From Tubulanus polymorphus (Eukaryota > Animalia > Nemertea), in the NCBI RefSeq assembly GCF_964204645.1, contig NC_134025.1, positions 20,931,101 to 20,995,100 on the forward strand: a DNA stretch of 64,000 nt, read 5' to 3'. The notes under the pieces were generated by a model, which made no database searches, had not been told where the DNA came from, and saw only the letters and a program-made list of their open reading frames with translations. This document shows, piece after piece, positions 23,498 to 34,626 of the stretch. The translations under genes were made by a program, and so were the position numbers. Positions within the stretch are counted from its first letter, which is position 1. The number at the start of each line of letters is the position of its first letter.

Positions 23498-26393
23498 TCA
23501 AGCACAAAGTTGCTTTCTATAATTTCTTAGGAACAGTTTAGAATTTTCCATGTTTTTTAGATTTTCACTGATGTTATTCCAAAGTAAAGGGCCGGATACT
23601 TTTACTGAAAATTTTCTTCTTAGACTATTGAAAGAAAGTGTTTGTAAATCTTGACGTCGCCGAGTATTGTGACTGTGGATTTGAAAATTTTGGTTCCAAT
23701 AATTTTCGAATGATTTCGGTAATTCGGAGTGGACAGATCTGTAGATAAAAGTACCTAGCTGAAGTTTATTAATATCTTTGAGCTTGAGGATATTAAAAGC
23801 TTTGAATATAGGGTCAGTGTGCGCCAAATAATATGAATTAGAAATTAGCCTGATAGCTCTTTTTTGCAATACAATTAATGGCTGAAGTTTATTTTCAAAA
23901 TTTCGTCCCCAAACTAAGTTACAATACTGGAGGTAAGGATCAATAAGCGACAAATAAAGGGTACGAAGAGAACTCACTGGCAGCTTATATCTTACTCTAT
24001 TTATTATACCAATGCTTCGAGAAACTTTTTTTTCAACTGATTTTATTTGATCGTCCCAGGTTAGATTTCTGTCAATAAAAACTCCAAGAAAATTTGTGAC
24101 ATTGACTTGTTTGATCTCTATGTTGTTAATTGATATTCTCAAGTTATGTTTCAATAGTTTACCGAACACCATAAATGATGTCTTCTTTACATTTAATGAC
24201 AGCTTGTTTGTTTGAAACCAGGTATACAATTTTGATAATTCAAAGTTTACTGTACGTACTAATCTGTCTAAATTAATGTCACTATAAAAGGCATTTGTGT
24301 CATCGGCAAACAATATACGTTTTAACACATTAGAAAATTTAATACAGTCGTTTACATATAATAAAAAAAAGCAAGGGACCTAAAATTGAGCCTTGGGGTA
24401 CTCCAGTTTTAACGGTACATAACGAGGATTTATAATTTTGAATTTGAACAAATTGTTTTCTATTCTTCAAATAGTTTTCAAACCAGTTGTTAGAGATGCC
24501 TCTTATTCCATAAAAACATAGTTTTCTTAATAAGATTTCGTGATCAACGGTGTCAAAGGCTTTTGATAAATCTAAGAATACCCCAATAGTTGATTTGTTT
24601 TCTTCTAAATTTTGTGAAATTTCATCAGTTATCAATGTTAAGGCCATGGCAGTTGAATGGTTCTTTCGAAAGCCGAACTGGTTTGGTTGAATGATATGAA
24701 ACTTGTTACAATATTCGGTTAATCGATTATACACTATCTTTTCGAGAATTATTGCCAGCTTTATAGAGTGGACGTATTCGCGCTACCTTTAGTTCAGCCG
24801 GCACTATACCGGAATTTAAGCTACAGTTAAATATATGAGTTAGCGGGTATTTTACAGAATCAATTATTTTCTTAACTACTTTTACAGAGAAACCATCAGC
24901 ACCAGCGCCTTTGCTGGGTGAGAAATCATTTACAATCTGACTGATTTCATCAGGGTGGGTCGGGAAAAAGAAAAAGTTTTCATTTACTGGATCTGTCAGA
25001 TATTCACTGAAGTGGACACCTGTATCTGGTATTTGCTTGGCTAGGTTGCTACCAATATTTACAAAGAAAGAATTAAATTCATTAGCGATATTTTCATAGC
25101 CGTTTACAACGATACCGTTCCTTTTGAAAGAGCAAGGTAATCTACTCCGATCATTGGAAGATTTTCCAATTAGACTGTTTAAGATATTCCATGATTTTTT
25201 CATATCGGATTTGGCTGCAAGTAATTTAGTCTCGTAATACTTTTTCTCGGCATATTTGAGTGTACGAGACAAGGTATGTTTGTAATTTAAATAATTTTTC
25301 AAATGTGATCTATTACGCAAAGATTTTCTGTACAAGCGATTTTTGTGTTTCATACATTTCAATAATCCAGATGATAACCACGGTTTATGTAATTTATTTT
25401 CGTTTATTTTACGGGGAGTTGAAAAAGGAAAACATTCATTATATAATTCCATGAATTGAGTGTTAAATGCGCTGTATGAGAGTTGCGGGTCTGCATTACT
25501 ATAGATATCCGACCAATCAGTGGCCAGAAGAGCTCTATTGAATTTTGAAATGTTACGTTCACAATAGTTTCTGTTCGAAGTCACCTCTTGGTCAATTTTG
25601 GGCTCAACGTGATTACAGACAGTAAAAATAGGAAAATGATCCGAAATATCGGTACAAATAATACCCGTACTAAACACATGGCGAATATCGTTACAAAAAA
25701 TATTATCTATAAGCGTCGAGGATGTGGGAATGATTCTTGTAGGTTTATCAACTAATGGAATGAACCCAAATGAAGTCATATTTTCTAAATAGTTATCAGT
25801 TGGTCTGTGGGCGTTAACTTGTAGTAAATCGATATTGAAATCGCCCATAAGATAGCATACTTTGTCTTCTCTATTAAGTTTCCCTAAAAGTGGAATTAAT
25901 TCATTATTAAAGCCATTTATGCTTTGTCCGGGTGGTCGATAGATCAGACCAATTAATCTATTTTTTTCTTTTACAAGAATCAATTCAATAAATAGACATT
26001 CAAAAGTATTTCTATCCTCGGATAGATCTGGTCTAAGTTTCACATTAAAACTTTCTTTGAAAAATAGGGCCAAACCTCCTCCCTGACAATTTTTTCTACA
26101 CTTAAAAACACTTTTCATACCTGGGAGATTGTACAGCCTGCCATTATTATGAAGTTCGCTAGTCCAGGTTTCGGTTAACCCGAAAATAGAGAAGTCAGTT
26201 TTTGAATTGCTCAAAAAATATGAAAATGTATCAAAATTTCTGTTACAACTACGAATGTTTAAAGCACAGATTGAAAAATGTTGCTTTTCAAACTCTACAG
26301 TAGAGTTTACATCAAAGTATTGACATTTGTTATTATCAAAGATGTCGATGATGAATAAGTATAGGGTAGATAATACTCGTTAATAGGTAGCAT
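23498..26393 (-). pseudogene. LINE ORF2: AP endonuclease + reverse transcriptase, disrupted
   Basis: LNIRS, GLTETW, IYRPP, MGDFNIDLL, TLIDNIF, SDHFPI (APE); QFGFR, FLDLSKAFDTVDH, GVPQGSILGPLL, LFADDT, FLGVFID (RT); NYRPISLL segment deleted near 24745 and a frameshift in the poly-T near 24365. Confidence 0.93.
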
Positions 26394-26395
26394 TA

Positions 26396-27744
26396 TTAGA
26401 CTGATGTTATCGGTAAATCATCCGGGACTGAAATTCTGTCCTTTTTGGCCATGTGAACAGTTGGGCTAATATCGGATGATGATGTCTGACTTCTGGTTCG
26501 TTTTTTATTCTGATCCGGTGTCAATGCACGAAGAAAGACTTGTGTAAGTTCTTTGGCACCATCGATTCCAATATGGATTCCTGACCTATCAGTTGAATCA
26601 AATAACGACTGGTTGACTGAAAAATTTGGTTGGAATACCAAATCATTGTCTATATAGTTCAAATGATTTTCACTGTCACATAGCTTTCGAAGATAGTTAT
26701 TGATCTTTGAGGAAGTGTCATTGTAGGTTAGCGCGGTCTTACTTTTTCCTTTCCGCGGTAGTATACTAGATACATTAATTTGAGCGCTCGAAAATGTATT
26801 TCGAAGGATATTTATCATTTTTGACATATCCAGGATTGTTTGGTCATGATCGTCTTTGTTTCGAGTCATGTCGTTGGTCCCTAGATGGCAGATTATCGAT
26901 TTTATTTTCGCATTTTCAATAGACGGGTCCACTTTCTGGAGAAGTTTATTTACATCATGGGCCGTTGCACCCGAAACGCTGCACACGTGAACGCTTTCCG
27001 GAATATCTGTAAACATCAGGCGAGAGCAGTTCGAGTCACCCATAATAATATGTTTCGGGGGCACAATTGTCGAGCTAGCGGTGCGGCTCTCTGCAGGTGA
27101 CATGTCAGTGACGGTAGACTGAGTATGAGTAGGAGTTTTAACTGTGGAATGTGATTTCTCCTCACATGATTGATGATCAGTTATGTCGTCGTCAAAATTT
27201 AGTCTTTTTTCCAACCCCTGTAATATCGGACATTCTGATTTTTATGCCCTTCCTTACGGCAGTAGAAACATAAAACGCCAGATGGACAATTGGCTGCTAG
27301 ATGGTCTGGAGATTTACATTTAAAACAGAGTTTGCGAGTACGCAAGAGACAACGATAATACTGGTGATCCGTTTCACCGCAATACACACACTGCGTTTTA
27401 TTATTATCGCAGTAAAGTCGGACTTCAAATCTTCCAAATTTTGAATTAACCGGAATTATACTTTTCACTTTGAGCAATTTAGCATAAATAGAGCCATTCA
27501 AAATATCGGTGTCTTTTATTTTCCCTCTTCTGATACTCCCATTTATTACCTCACCGTACGTCGATAATTGGGAGGCAATGAACGCATCTGATAATTCAAC
27601 TGGTGCAATCTGAAAATCCTCAACTGCACTCGTGTCCTTGAACGTAATTCTACACTCACCAGTTTTTGTGATTTGAATCGCACGCACTCGAACTGATTTA
27701 GATCCCAGGGCTGATAGGATACTTGTTGTACTTGTAAATGTCAA
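26396..27744 (-). pseudogene. LINE ORF1: RRM-like region + 3 CCHC zinc knuckles + SGNH esterase-like domain, frameshifted near 27200-27240
   Basis: CVYCGETDHQYYRC, CFKCKSPDHLAANC, CFYCRKEGH (third knuckle cut by the frameshift); then GDSN, SGAT, HLGTND, SSILPR, GIH blocks. Confidence 0.8.
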
Positions 27745-28567
27745 TGTGTCTTGTAAGCCTTATTATAGGCTGGCTTGTCTATCGAGATGACACGTAAATA
27801 AAGATATATATATATACACTATACTATTCAGAACTATGATGATATTAGTAATTACTAAATCAATAGAGTATCTTCTACAATTGTTATTTTACTGATTATC
27901 ATAAGATATACATCTGACATTGAAACTATAGTGTAAAATCCTCATTTCATAACACCGAAACAGCAATATCGGCTGGACTGCTTGGACACAATCTCGATGC
28001 AGCCGTTGCTATCATGATATTAACTATTATTATACAACATTTCTGCAAGAGAAAAAGAAAATTGTATAATCTAACTTATACTCAACATTTACATTATCGC
28101 AGAAGCGCACGCTGTCACGAAACAAAACTAAAACCATGTTTCGGTTTCCGTGTTTCGTATTCCTTCCAAAACGCGTAGAGTAAAAACCTTTCCCCGCGAG
28201 AAAATCTCTCATGACGGCTCTCCGGCATTTCATCTAAGTTATATCGACATTAAGAGTGCATTTTCGCCTTGATTATCGGGCGTCGAAAATTCAGCCATAT
28301 TTATCCGCCCTTTTAGGTAAAATTTTGTTACACGAAAAAAAGAAATTATGTTAAAGTCTCAGAACAAATTTGTTGACTGGTATTTGAAAGACTTGCAATC
28401 TCGTACCCAGGAATCAGTATCGTTCAGAATTGAGGAATATAATGAGTAGATATGCGAATTGCGTGCATGGTTGGATTGTTCTCACATAACACGATCAATA
28501 GGAAAAATAGATTTGTCTTGATTTGAGACAGATTGCGACTTTGAACGACACGCCACAGTCAACGACG

Positions 28568-29527
28568 ATGGTTATGGCTCCATCGAAGCTTTTGTGTTTG
28601 GTTGGTTTTATTTGTTGTACCGGTGCGGTAATTTTTACGGTGATTTTTTATACTCGAAGGGATTTCGTCGGATTTTGCGACTCGCAAGTTTTGCGGCGGA
28701 TGAACGAGATATCGCGATCCGCCAACCGTTATCCGGTGAACAGCTACTACGAATTCTATCATCGCAATGTGAACGACAAAAGTTCCCGATATCTGTCGGT
28801 TGAGATAACGAAGAAATTCATTCGAGCTGGACTGACCGCCGAAGAGAAAGCGAAACTCAAATCGCTCGTCATCCAGTTTGATGCTTTAATGCAAAGACTG
28901 AACGTAACCTACTTCATTTTTTCTGGCACGCTCATCGGCGCGTATCGCCACCACGGACCTATACCTTGGGACGATGATTTCGATGTTCAGTTACTAGTGA
29001 CCGATTTAGTAAAGCTCGCGACGGTATTTGCCGATAAAGACCCACAAGTCGCGGATATGGTTCTCCTTCAGCCGTGGAGACGTCCGTGGAAGCTATCGTT
29101 CGCGAACTCTGACTGGCCTTTCGTCGATATATGGCCGTTTGCCATAAAAGGGAGCTACGCGCAAGATAGAACCTACCAACCGTGGATAAAACGGGACGTA
29201 GAAGAAATTTTTCCGCTCGTGAAAGTGCCGTTCATGGGATATATGTTACCGGCTCCTCGGCAATGGAAGAAAGTAATACTTGATCGTTACGGGGATGTGG
29301 ACAAGAAGTGTTCATCGCTGCACGTATCTCACAGGACGTGGCGAGCTGCAGGCGTGAGGGATGTAGAGTGTAGAATACTTCACGATCATATTCCATTCGT
29401 TACCCGGACTTGTAGAGCGGGAATTATGTCGGAAACGCTAAAACGAGGCAAGACGCCTCTTAGCATGTGGAGATATTACGTGGGATTGAAAGATGTACCC
29501 GAATACCAGACGATAGAATGTGACTGA
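28568..29527 (+). CDS. LicD-family (fukutin/FKRP-related) phosphotransferase, type II membrane protein, intronless CDS
   Basis: N-terminal TM anchor LLCLVGFICCTGAVIFTVIF; motif GTLIGAYRHHGPIPWDDDFDV; WPFVDIWPF; IFPLVKVPFMGYMLPAPR..ILDRYG. Confidence 0.9.
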   Translation: MVMAPSKLLCLVGFICCTGAVIFTVIFYTRRDFVGFCDSQVLRRMNEISRSANRYPVNSYYEFYHRNVNDKSSRYLSVEITKKFIRAGLTAEEKAKLKSLVIQFDALMQRLNVTYFIFSGTLIGAYRHHGPIPWDDDFDVQLLVTDLVKLATVFADKDPQVADMVLLQPWRRPWKLSFANSDWPFVDIWPFAIKGSYAQDRTYQPWIKRDVEEIFPLVKVPFMGYMLPAPRQWKKVILDRYGDVDKKCSSLHVSHRTWRAAGVRDVECRILHDHIPFVTRTCRAGIMSETLKRGKTPLSMWRYYVGLKDVPEYQTIECD

Positions 29528-30974
29528 AAAATCGGCGAGATATCTTTAGATTTTAAATTTCACTTGTTCACGCGCACGGTTTCTGAAATGTTTCATTTTT
29601 TTCGAAATTCGTTTCTCAAAATGACGAACTTGTTGAATGCCCTGAATTATTACGCGTGTTGTAAAAACTGGCCGAAGTAATATCGCTCTCATGTCGCATT
29701 GTTGCCAATTTGGCAAATCGATTTTACATTACTGAAATCTAGAGATTTACACGATTAGAATGTTGCCAAAATTGTCAAAGTCTATTCTTTGGTCAAATGA
29801 AATAAATATGAGATGAGAACCTACATCATGAATAGTTAAATGAAGAACGTTGTGGTTACAAAATGATAAATTCTATCGGTATAATTCAATTCGAATTGTG
29901 GGATTTCTTTATTTATATACAGTGTACACGGATTATAGTGTTTATTCGACGACTATCAGAAATAGTTTTTTTTAAAAGAGAAGAAAATGACCCAACAATG
30001 AAACAATATAAAGTAACCTAACAAAATGGCGGCTAGCAACTGTAAAACGGGTTACTATTTTCAAGATTTCTTTGATTGAATTTCCAACGTCATTAAAGTT
30101 TTCAACTTGTACCCTAATCATAGTTTATCACCGTAATCCGGCTAATCCATCTTAATCTGATTTTGAATCGATTTCGGATTTACAGGCTTAATACTTTTAG
30201 AATTTCTCGGATTATCGCGGTGTATCTTGTTTTCTGTTTCGCGATAATCAACGCGTAGGAACACAGCATAAGATACGAAATACCCAACGTGGCGAATAGA
30301 CCACGTTCTACAATGCAATTTGAACTACGTGGCATAACTTCTGCATCTCTGGAGAGTAACTAAATGTACGAAATTGGGGCTTCTTCGTTGACATTCCTAG
30401 TGTTTCTGATTAATTGCAGTTTTTGGATTTTGATAAAAATTCATCTACTTATTGTTTGGACTGATTGCTTCGGTACCACATGTTGTATTGATTTTTTGTG
30501 CATAATGAAATTTTATGTACTAAAACGAAATCAATACGTGAATAAAAAATAACTGGATAAATCATACTGTATTCAACCCAATAATACATAATTTACCGAG
30601 CAGATGTTGCCGTACGCGCAGCTTTTTTATGGGAGTCTTTTCATGCCTTCGGTAAGAAACACGAATCTACGAAAACGGCGTCTTCTGAGTGATGTTTATA
30701 CGATTTGCATCCTGCAAACATATCGAACAACTAATAATATTACACGCAAGCTGATTTTGCGAAACAGTGTTTCAGTAAACATGTTTCTTTTTCTACGGAA
30801 GGGCACAGCGGCCATTCGACTTTTTAGATCGAAATCGAAACAAAATCGAGGTATCGAAAATAAGAATACGGAATGATAATAATAATCATGATAATGATAG
30901 TAATATCGATTATGATTATGATAATAATAATAACAACGTTACTCTAAATGACGAGTTATTAGCGAGTTAGTCAG

Positions 30975-31175
30975 TGCAACTCGAGATAAAAAGTCGAAAT
31001 TTCGAGATACTAAGACAAAATTCCTGACTTTTTAAGTCGAAATTGTGGATTTAATATGGATTTACCAATATAGCGCGCACGTGTTAAAAAAAGGAAACGA
31101 CATTTCGATCTATCAGTCGAAATTTCGAGTTAATTTAGTCGAAAATTCGGTTAAATAGTAAAAATTTCGACTTCG
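30975..31175. repeat. Foldback-like remnant with GTCGAAATTTCGA subrepeats
   Basis: Several AGTCGAAA(T/A)TT units and an inverted AAATTTCGACT. Confidence 0.45.
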
Positions 31176-32181
31176 AAATGAATTCATATGGCCGTAAACT
31201 ACCACTAGAAGAATATCATTTCGTGTTGTGTGCGTTGGGCACACCTATGGTGGCTGATTCGGGCCACACCAAAAGATTTTTACGGGTAGACAGACGCGCG
31301 TGAGAAAAACTTTTACATCGGCCCATTTTGAATTCTCGCGCGAAAAAAAAAAACAAAATGTTTTGAGGAAAAAAATGGGCCATTGTAAAGATTTTTTATC
31401 GAGCCCCTAGCCATATAGAGGATTATCAATGTAATTATTATTAATACTATCATCATATTTTTGAAATTTGCTGTAATTTTTGTGATATTTTTGTGCTCTG
31501 TGCAATGTCATCATAACTTGTGGAGTAATCAAACTAAACTGTAACTGAAACTGAGAAACAGCCGGCTCAGCCACGAAACAATAACTCATCTTTACATATC
31601 AGTTTCTTCTGTAATAAACGATAATGTTTATTTCTGCGTATCATTATTTTATTTTGCTGTATGTCATTAAATCAGATCATGTATAGAAATATACGCAATT
31701 CATCAATTAACATCGAGGTCATTTTTCAAGAAGAAAGTGTATATATGGATATAATATGATAGGCTTGAATTGAAATTGCTCTTCATACGTACAAGTCAAT
31801 TTAAATCGAAGCATCCGTAATCGGAAACACGACCGTCAGACAGACAAGACAATATTTCATTATACTCGTACCAGCAATATGCAATGGTTTATCGATTAAC
31901 GTCGAGGCATTTACAGTAGTAAAATAAATATTCGCAGCTTAAGTAAAAAATACATGTTGATGAATGAATGTACGCATATTGAATACGAAAAGCTTCAATG
32001 GAGAAATTGCTATTTGTATATAGATTTGGAGCGAGCGTCCGTACCCAGAGAAACGACTGTCAGATACACAAGGCTATATTTCTGATATACCGATTGACCG
32101 CACGGAATTTCAATACACGTTATCGTGCTTGAATAACACTTAACACGTTATATACAAGGCTTTCATTTGGAACACTGGTAT

Positions 32182-34626
32182 TCAATAGAAATTGGCTATC
32201 GAAACGAGCAACTTTCGATCACCTCTGAAACTTAATCTCGAATGTTGGATGAGCATGTTGTCGAAGATCAACACGTCGCTTTTATCGAGCCTCAAACCAA
32301 CCGTGTTTTTCCAGGTAACCTCTCGCACTTGTTGCAGTACATCCGGTTCGATATCGCTGCCGTCTCCGTAGTACGTGTGAAACGGATATCTGTCGTCTGG
32401 CAAATCTTTATCGCAAAAGTCCGGGTGTGCCTTGAAGTACGAGGCATTCTGAGAGTGGCATTGATTGAACCAGAGCATTTCACCTACAAAATCGAAATTT
32501 ATTGATAAGGCGATTGCTGATAAGAACCATGAACTACATATCAGTTGTTATAACATGGTTTTGACACGAGAAATATCATTAGCAATAGGATTGTCTATTA
32601 GATAATACGATAATAATCTAGGAGTCTGAAAACTGGAATCTGAAAACCAGAAGCACTTAACAAGTCTCAACATTATTGTGTATGACTAATGAAACACAAA
32701 ATTGCTCTATGAAACAGCCCCTGGTTCAATTTCCAGTTGTGTGTTATGATTTGACTTTAACTTTTATCTTTTACTCGAGTTGAGTATGACCATGGACTCG
32801 AAAACGAAAACGTTTTAGAGTCCATGATATAACTCTTAAACATGCAAAGGGATATGTAAGTGGGGCCACGCTCGGGAGGACGTTACCAGTTATGTAATGC
32901 GGTGCAAAGGCTGAAAGAGTTTTCCAAAAGCAAAGCGAGCCATCCTCGTTCCATTTGAAATATTGTCCAGATTCACTCAAAATACGTTCAGCCTCGTCTT
33001 TGTTATCGCACATCAGAGACTGAAATGAATGTGAATAGATTGATCAGTTGTGCAGCTGTGGTCGGTCATTCCAAATTTGGTTTAAGCAATGACGTATAAA
33101 CAAGATTATACGTTCATGGTTTAAGTTAAACATCAGAATAAAAAAAGATAGGTATCATGGCCTAACAATGAAAATTCAACTGTCACTATGTCAACCACCC
33201 AGTCTAAATCTATAACCAAGTGAAGAAATCTAAAAAAACCGATTTGACCAAGTCTATTGATCGAGGTGATTCGACAAATGATTGTATTTTCTCATTCAAA
33301 TTTTGTACTCAGAAAGTTTATTATCCACTTATATTAATTCGTGCTATTTTCTATGCATTTACCTCTTGCCACGAGGTGTAATCATTGGCTTTGGCATCGG
33401 GTAAATATCGGTGGTAGCAAATACCCAAACGATGAAACTTGTCGACGACATTCGGATCTAGGTCTCTCAGAATGTCCCTAACATCCGTCAAACCACTTTC
33501 TCCGCCCTCTGTCGCCGGTATATCACAAAATACCACAAACTGTTGGATGAAATATAGGGATAGAAAGATTCAAAATAACTCGCCCAAATATCTTACGACA
33601 ACGACTATCAGGATCCAGTTCCACAATTGAGAGAGTTGAATTAGTTCATTATCAATGAGTTAACCCGGCGTCAACTTAAGTCAAAACTGTGGAACTGGGT
33701 CGTGATTCACAGTGAAATGTTGTCCAGTATAAATCGGCTATATATCTAATTCTTAATTTTTTTTTCATTTCGAAATTTATGCGGCAGGTACGTCCTTATT
33801 AATCCATAGCCGCGGTCACACGAGCTGCGTTTGGGCTGATGCCGAATTTCGCCCGGAACAGCTGTTCAGACGAGTGCCAAATGGGCCCGGACCAAATTTT
33901 TGGCTGACCAAAAACGTAATTTTAGCACAGGTTAATTATTGCATGCGAATTGCAACTGGTTCCGGGAGTGACTCACTTCGATTTGTATATGTATCGAGTG
34001 AGTGATTTACGTGTGAATGCGCCCCCCAATCAGGCAAGGGCCGTATTTGACTCGGGCCTGATCCGCACTAATTCGGCCCGGGTCAAATCGTCTCCGTGTG
34101 ACCACGGCTTTTAATTTGCGTACTCGATCGATGTCTATCGCATGGATTTGTATCTTACCAGATGGGGCCAGTATGGAAGATACGCCATTTCGTTGTGAGG
34201 TTCGATCGTGAATATCGGTGGCTCTCGGCTCGCCGTCGATACCGATTGTGCCACCAAATCCCGTACGCCGCTGCCTCCAACGTAGTTCATAGCTTTCAAA
34301 CCTCCGTCGTGTACGAATCCGGAGAATTCGTCACCGGTTTTTAGCGGCAGGTTTTTCAGAAGGACGGCGCCGAACTTGTGGATGCTATGTTGCAGCGACG
34401 CGAAGAAACATTTCGCAAACGCCGAGGCATTTTCGTTAGAGCTGACAAACTCGCAATCGATAGTCATCGGAAAATCGTTCCTAGCTTCGGCGAGAACTTT
34501 CGGAAAATCTTTGCCATCCGAACCGGGAAGATGCGCTCTTCCGGCGAGCTGGGCGACGAGCCGTTGGCCGTGATGATTCCTTTGTAAGGCACAGGTAGTG
34601 AGAATTCGTTTCGTCGCAGAAAACAT
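32182..34626 (-). CDS. TauD/TfdA-family Fe(II)/2-oxoglutarate dioxygenase (SyrP/DdaC-like); exons 34626-34159, 33539-33363, 33019-32887, 32483-32182
   Basis: GAVLLKNLP, EPHNEMAY (HxE), FCDIPATEGGESGLTD, LWFNQ, YYGDGSDI, DVLIFDNMLIQHSRLSFRGDRKLLV; GT-AG introns of phase 0,0,1 keep frame. Confidence 0.9.
33808..34109. mobile_element. MITE (PIF/Harbinger-like) in dioxygenase intron 1; longer relative at 62848-63297
   Basis: TIRs AGCCGCGGTCACACG / CGTGTGACCACGGCT; internal TTTGACTCG(G/A)GCCTGATC and GCCCGGG(T/C)CAAATCGTCTC shared with the 62848 copy. Confidence 0.75.

Larger units (their letters stand above)
23168..27770 (-). mobile_element. Degenerate near-full-length non-LTR retrotransposon (CR1/L2/Crack group)
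   Basis: ORF1 + ORF2 (APE-RT); 3' AATAAA followed by a (TCAAA)n tail at ~23168-23195; frameshifts and an internal deletion; 5' boundary approximate. Confidence 0.92.

Noticed and set aside
28523-34626. Bacterial contamination or operon (LicD + TauD)
   Set aside because: The dioxygenase has three spliceosomal introns, LicD has a secretory-pathway anchor, and both sit among host repeats
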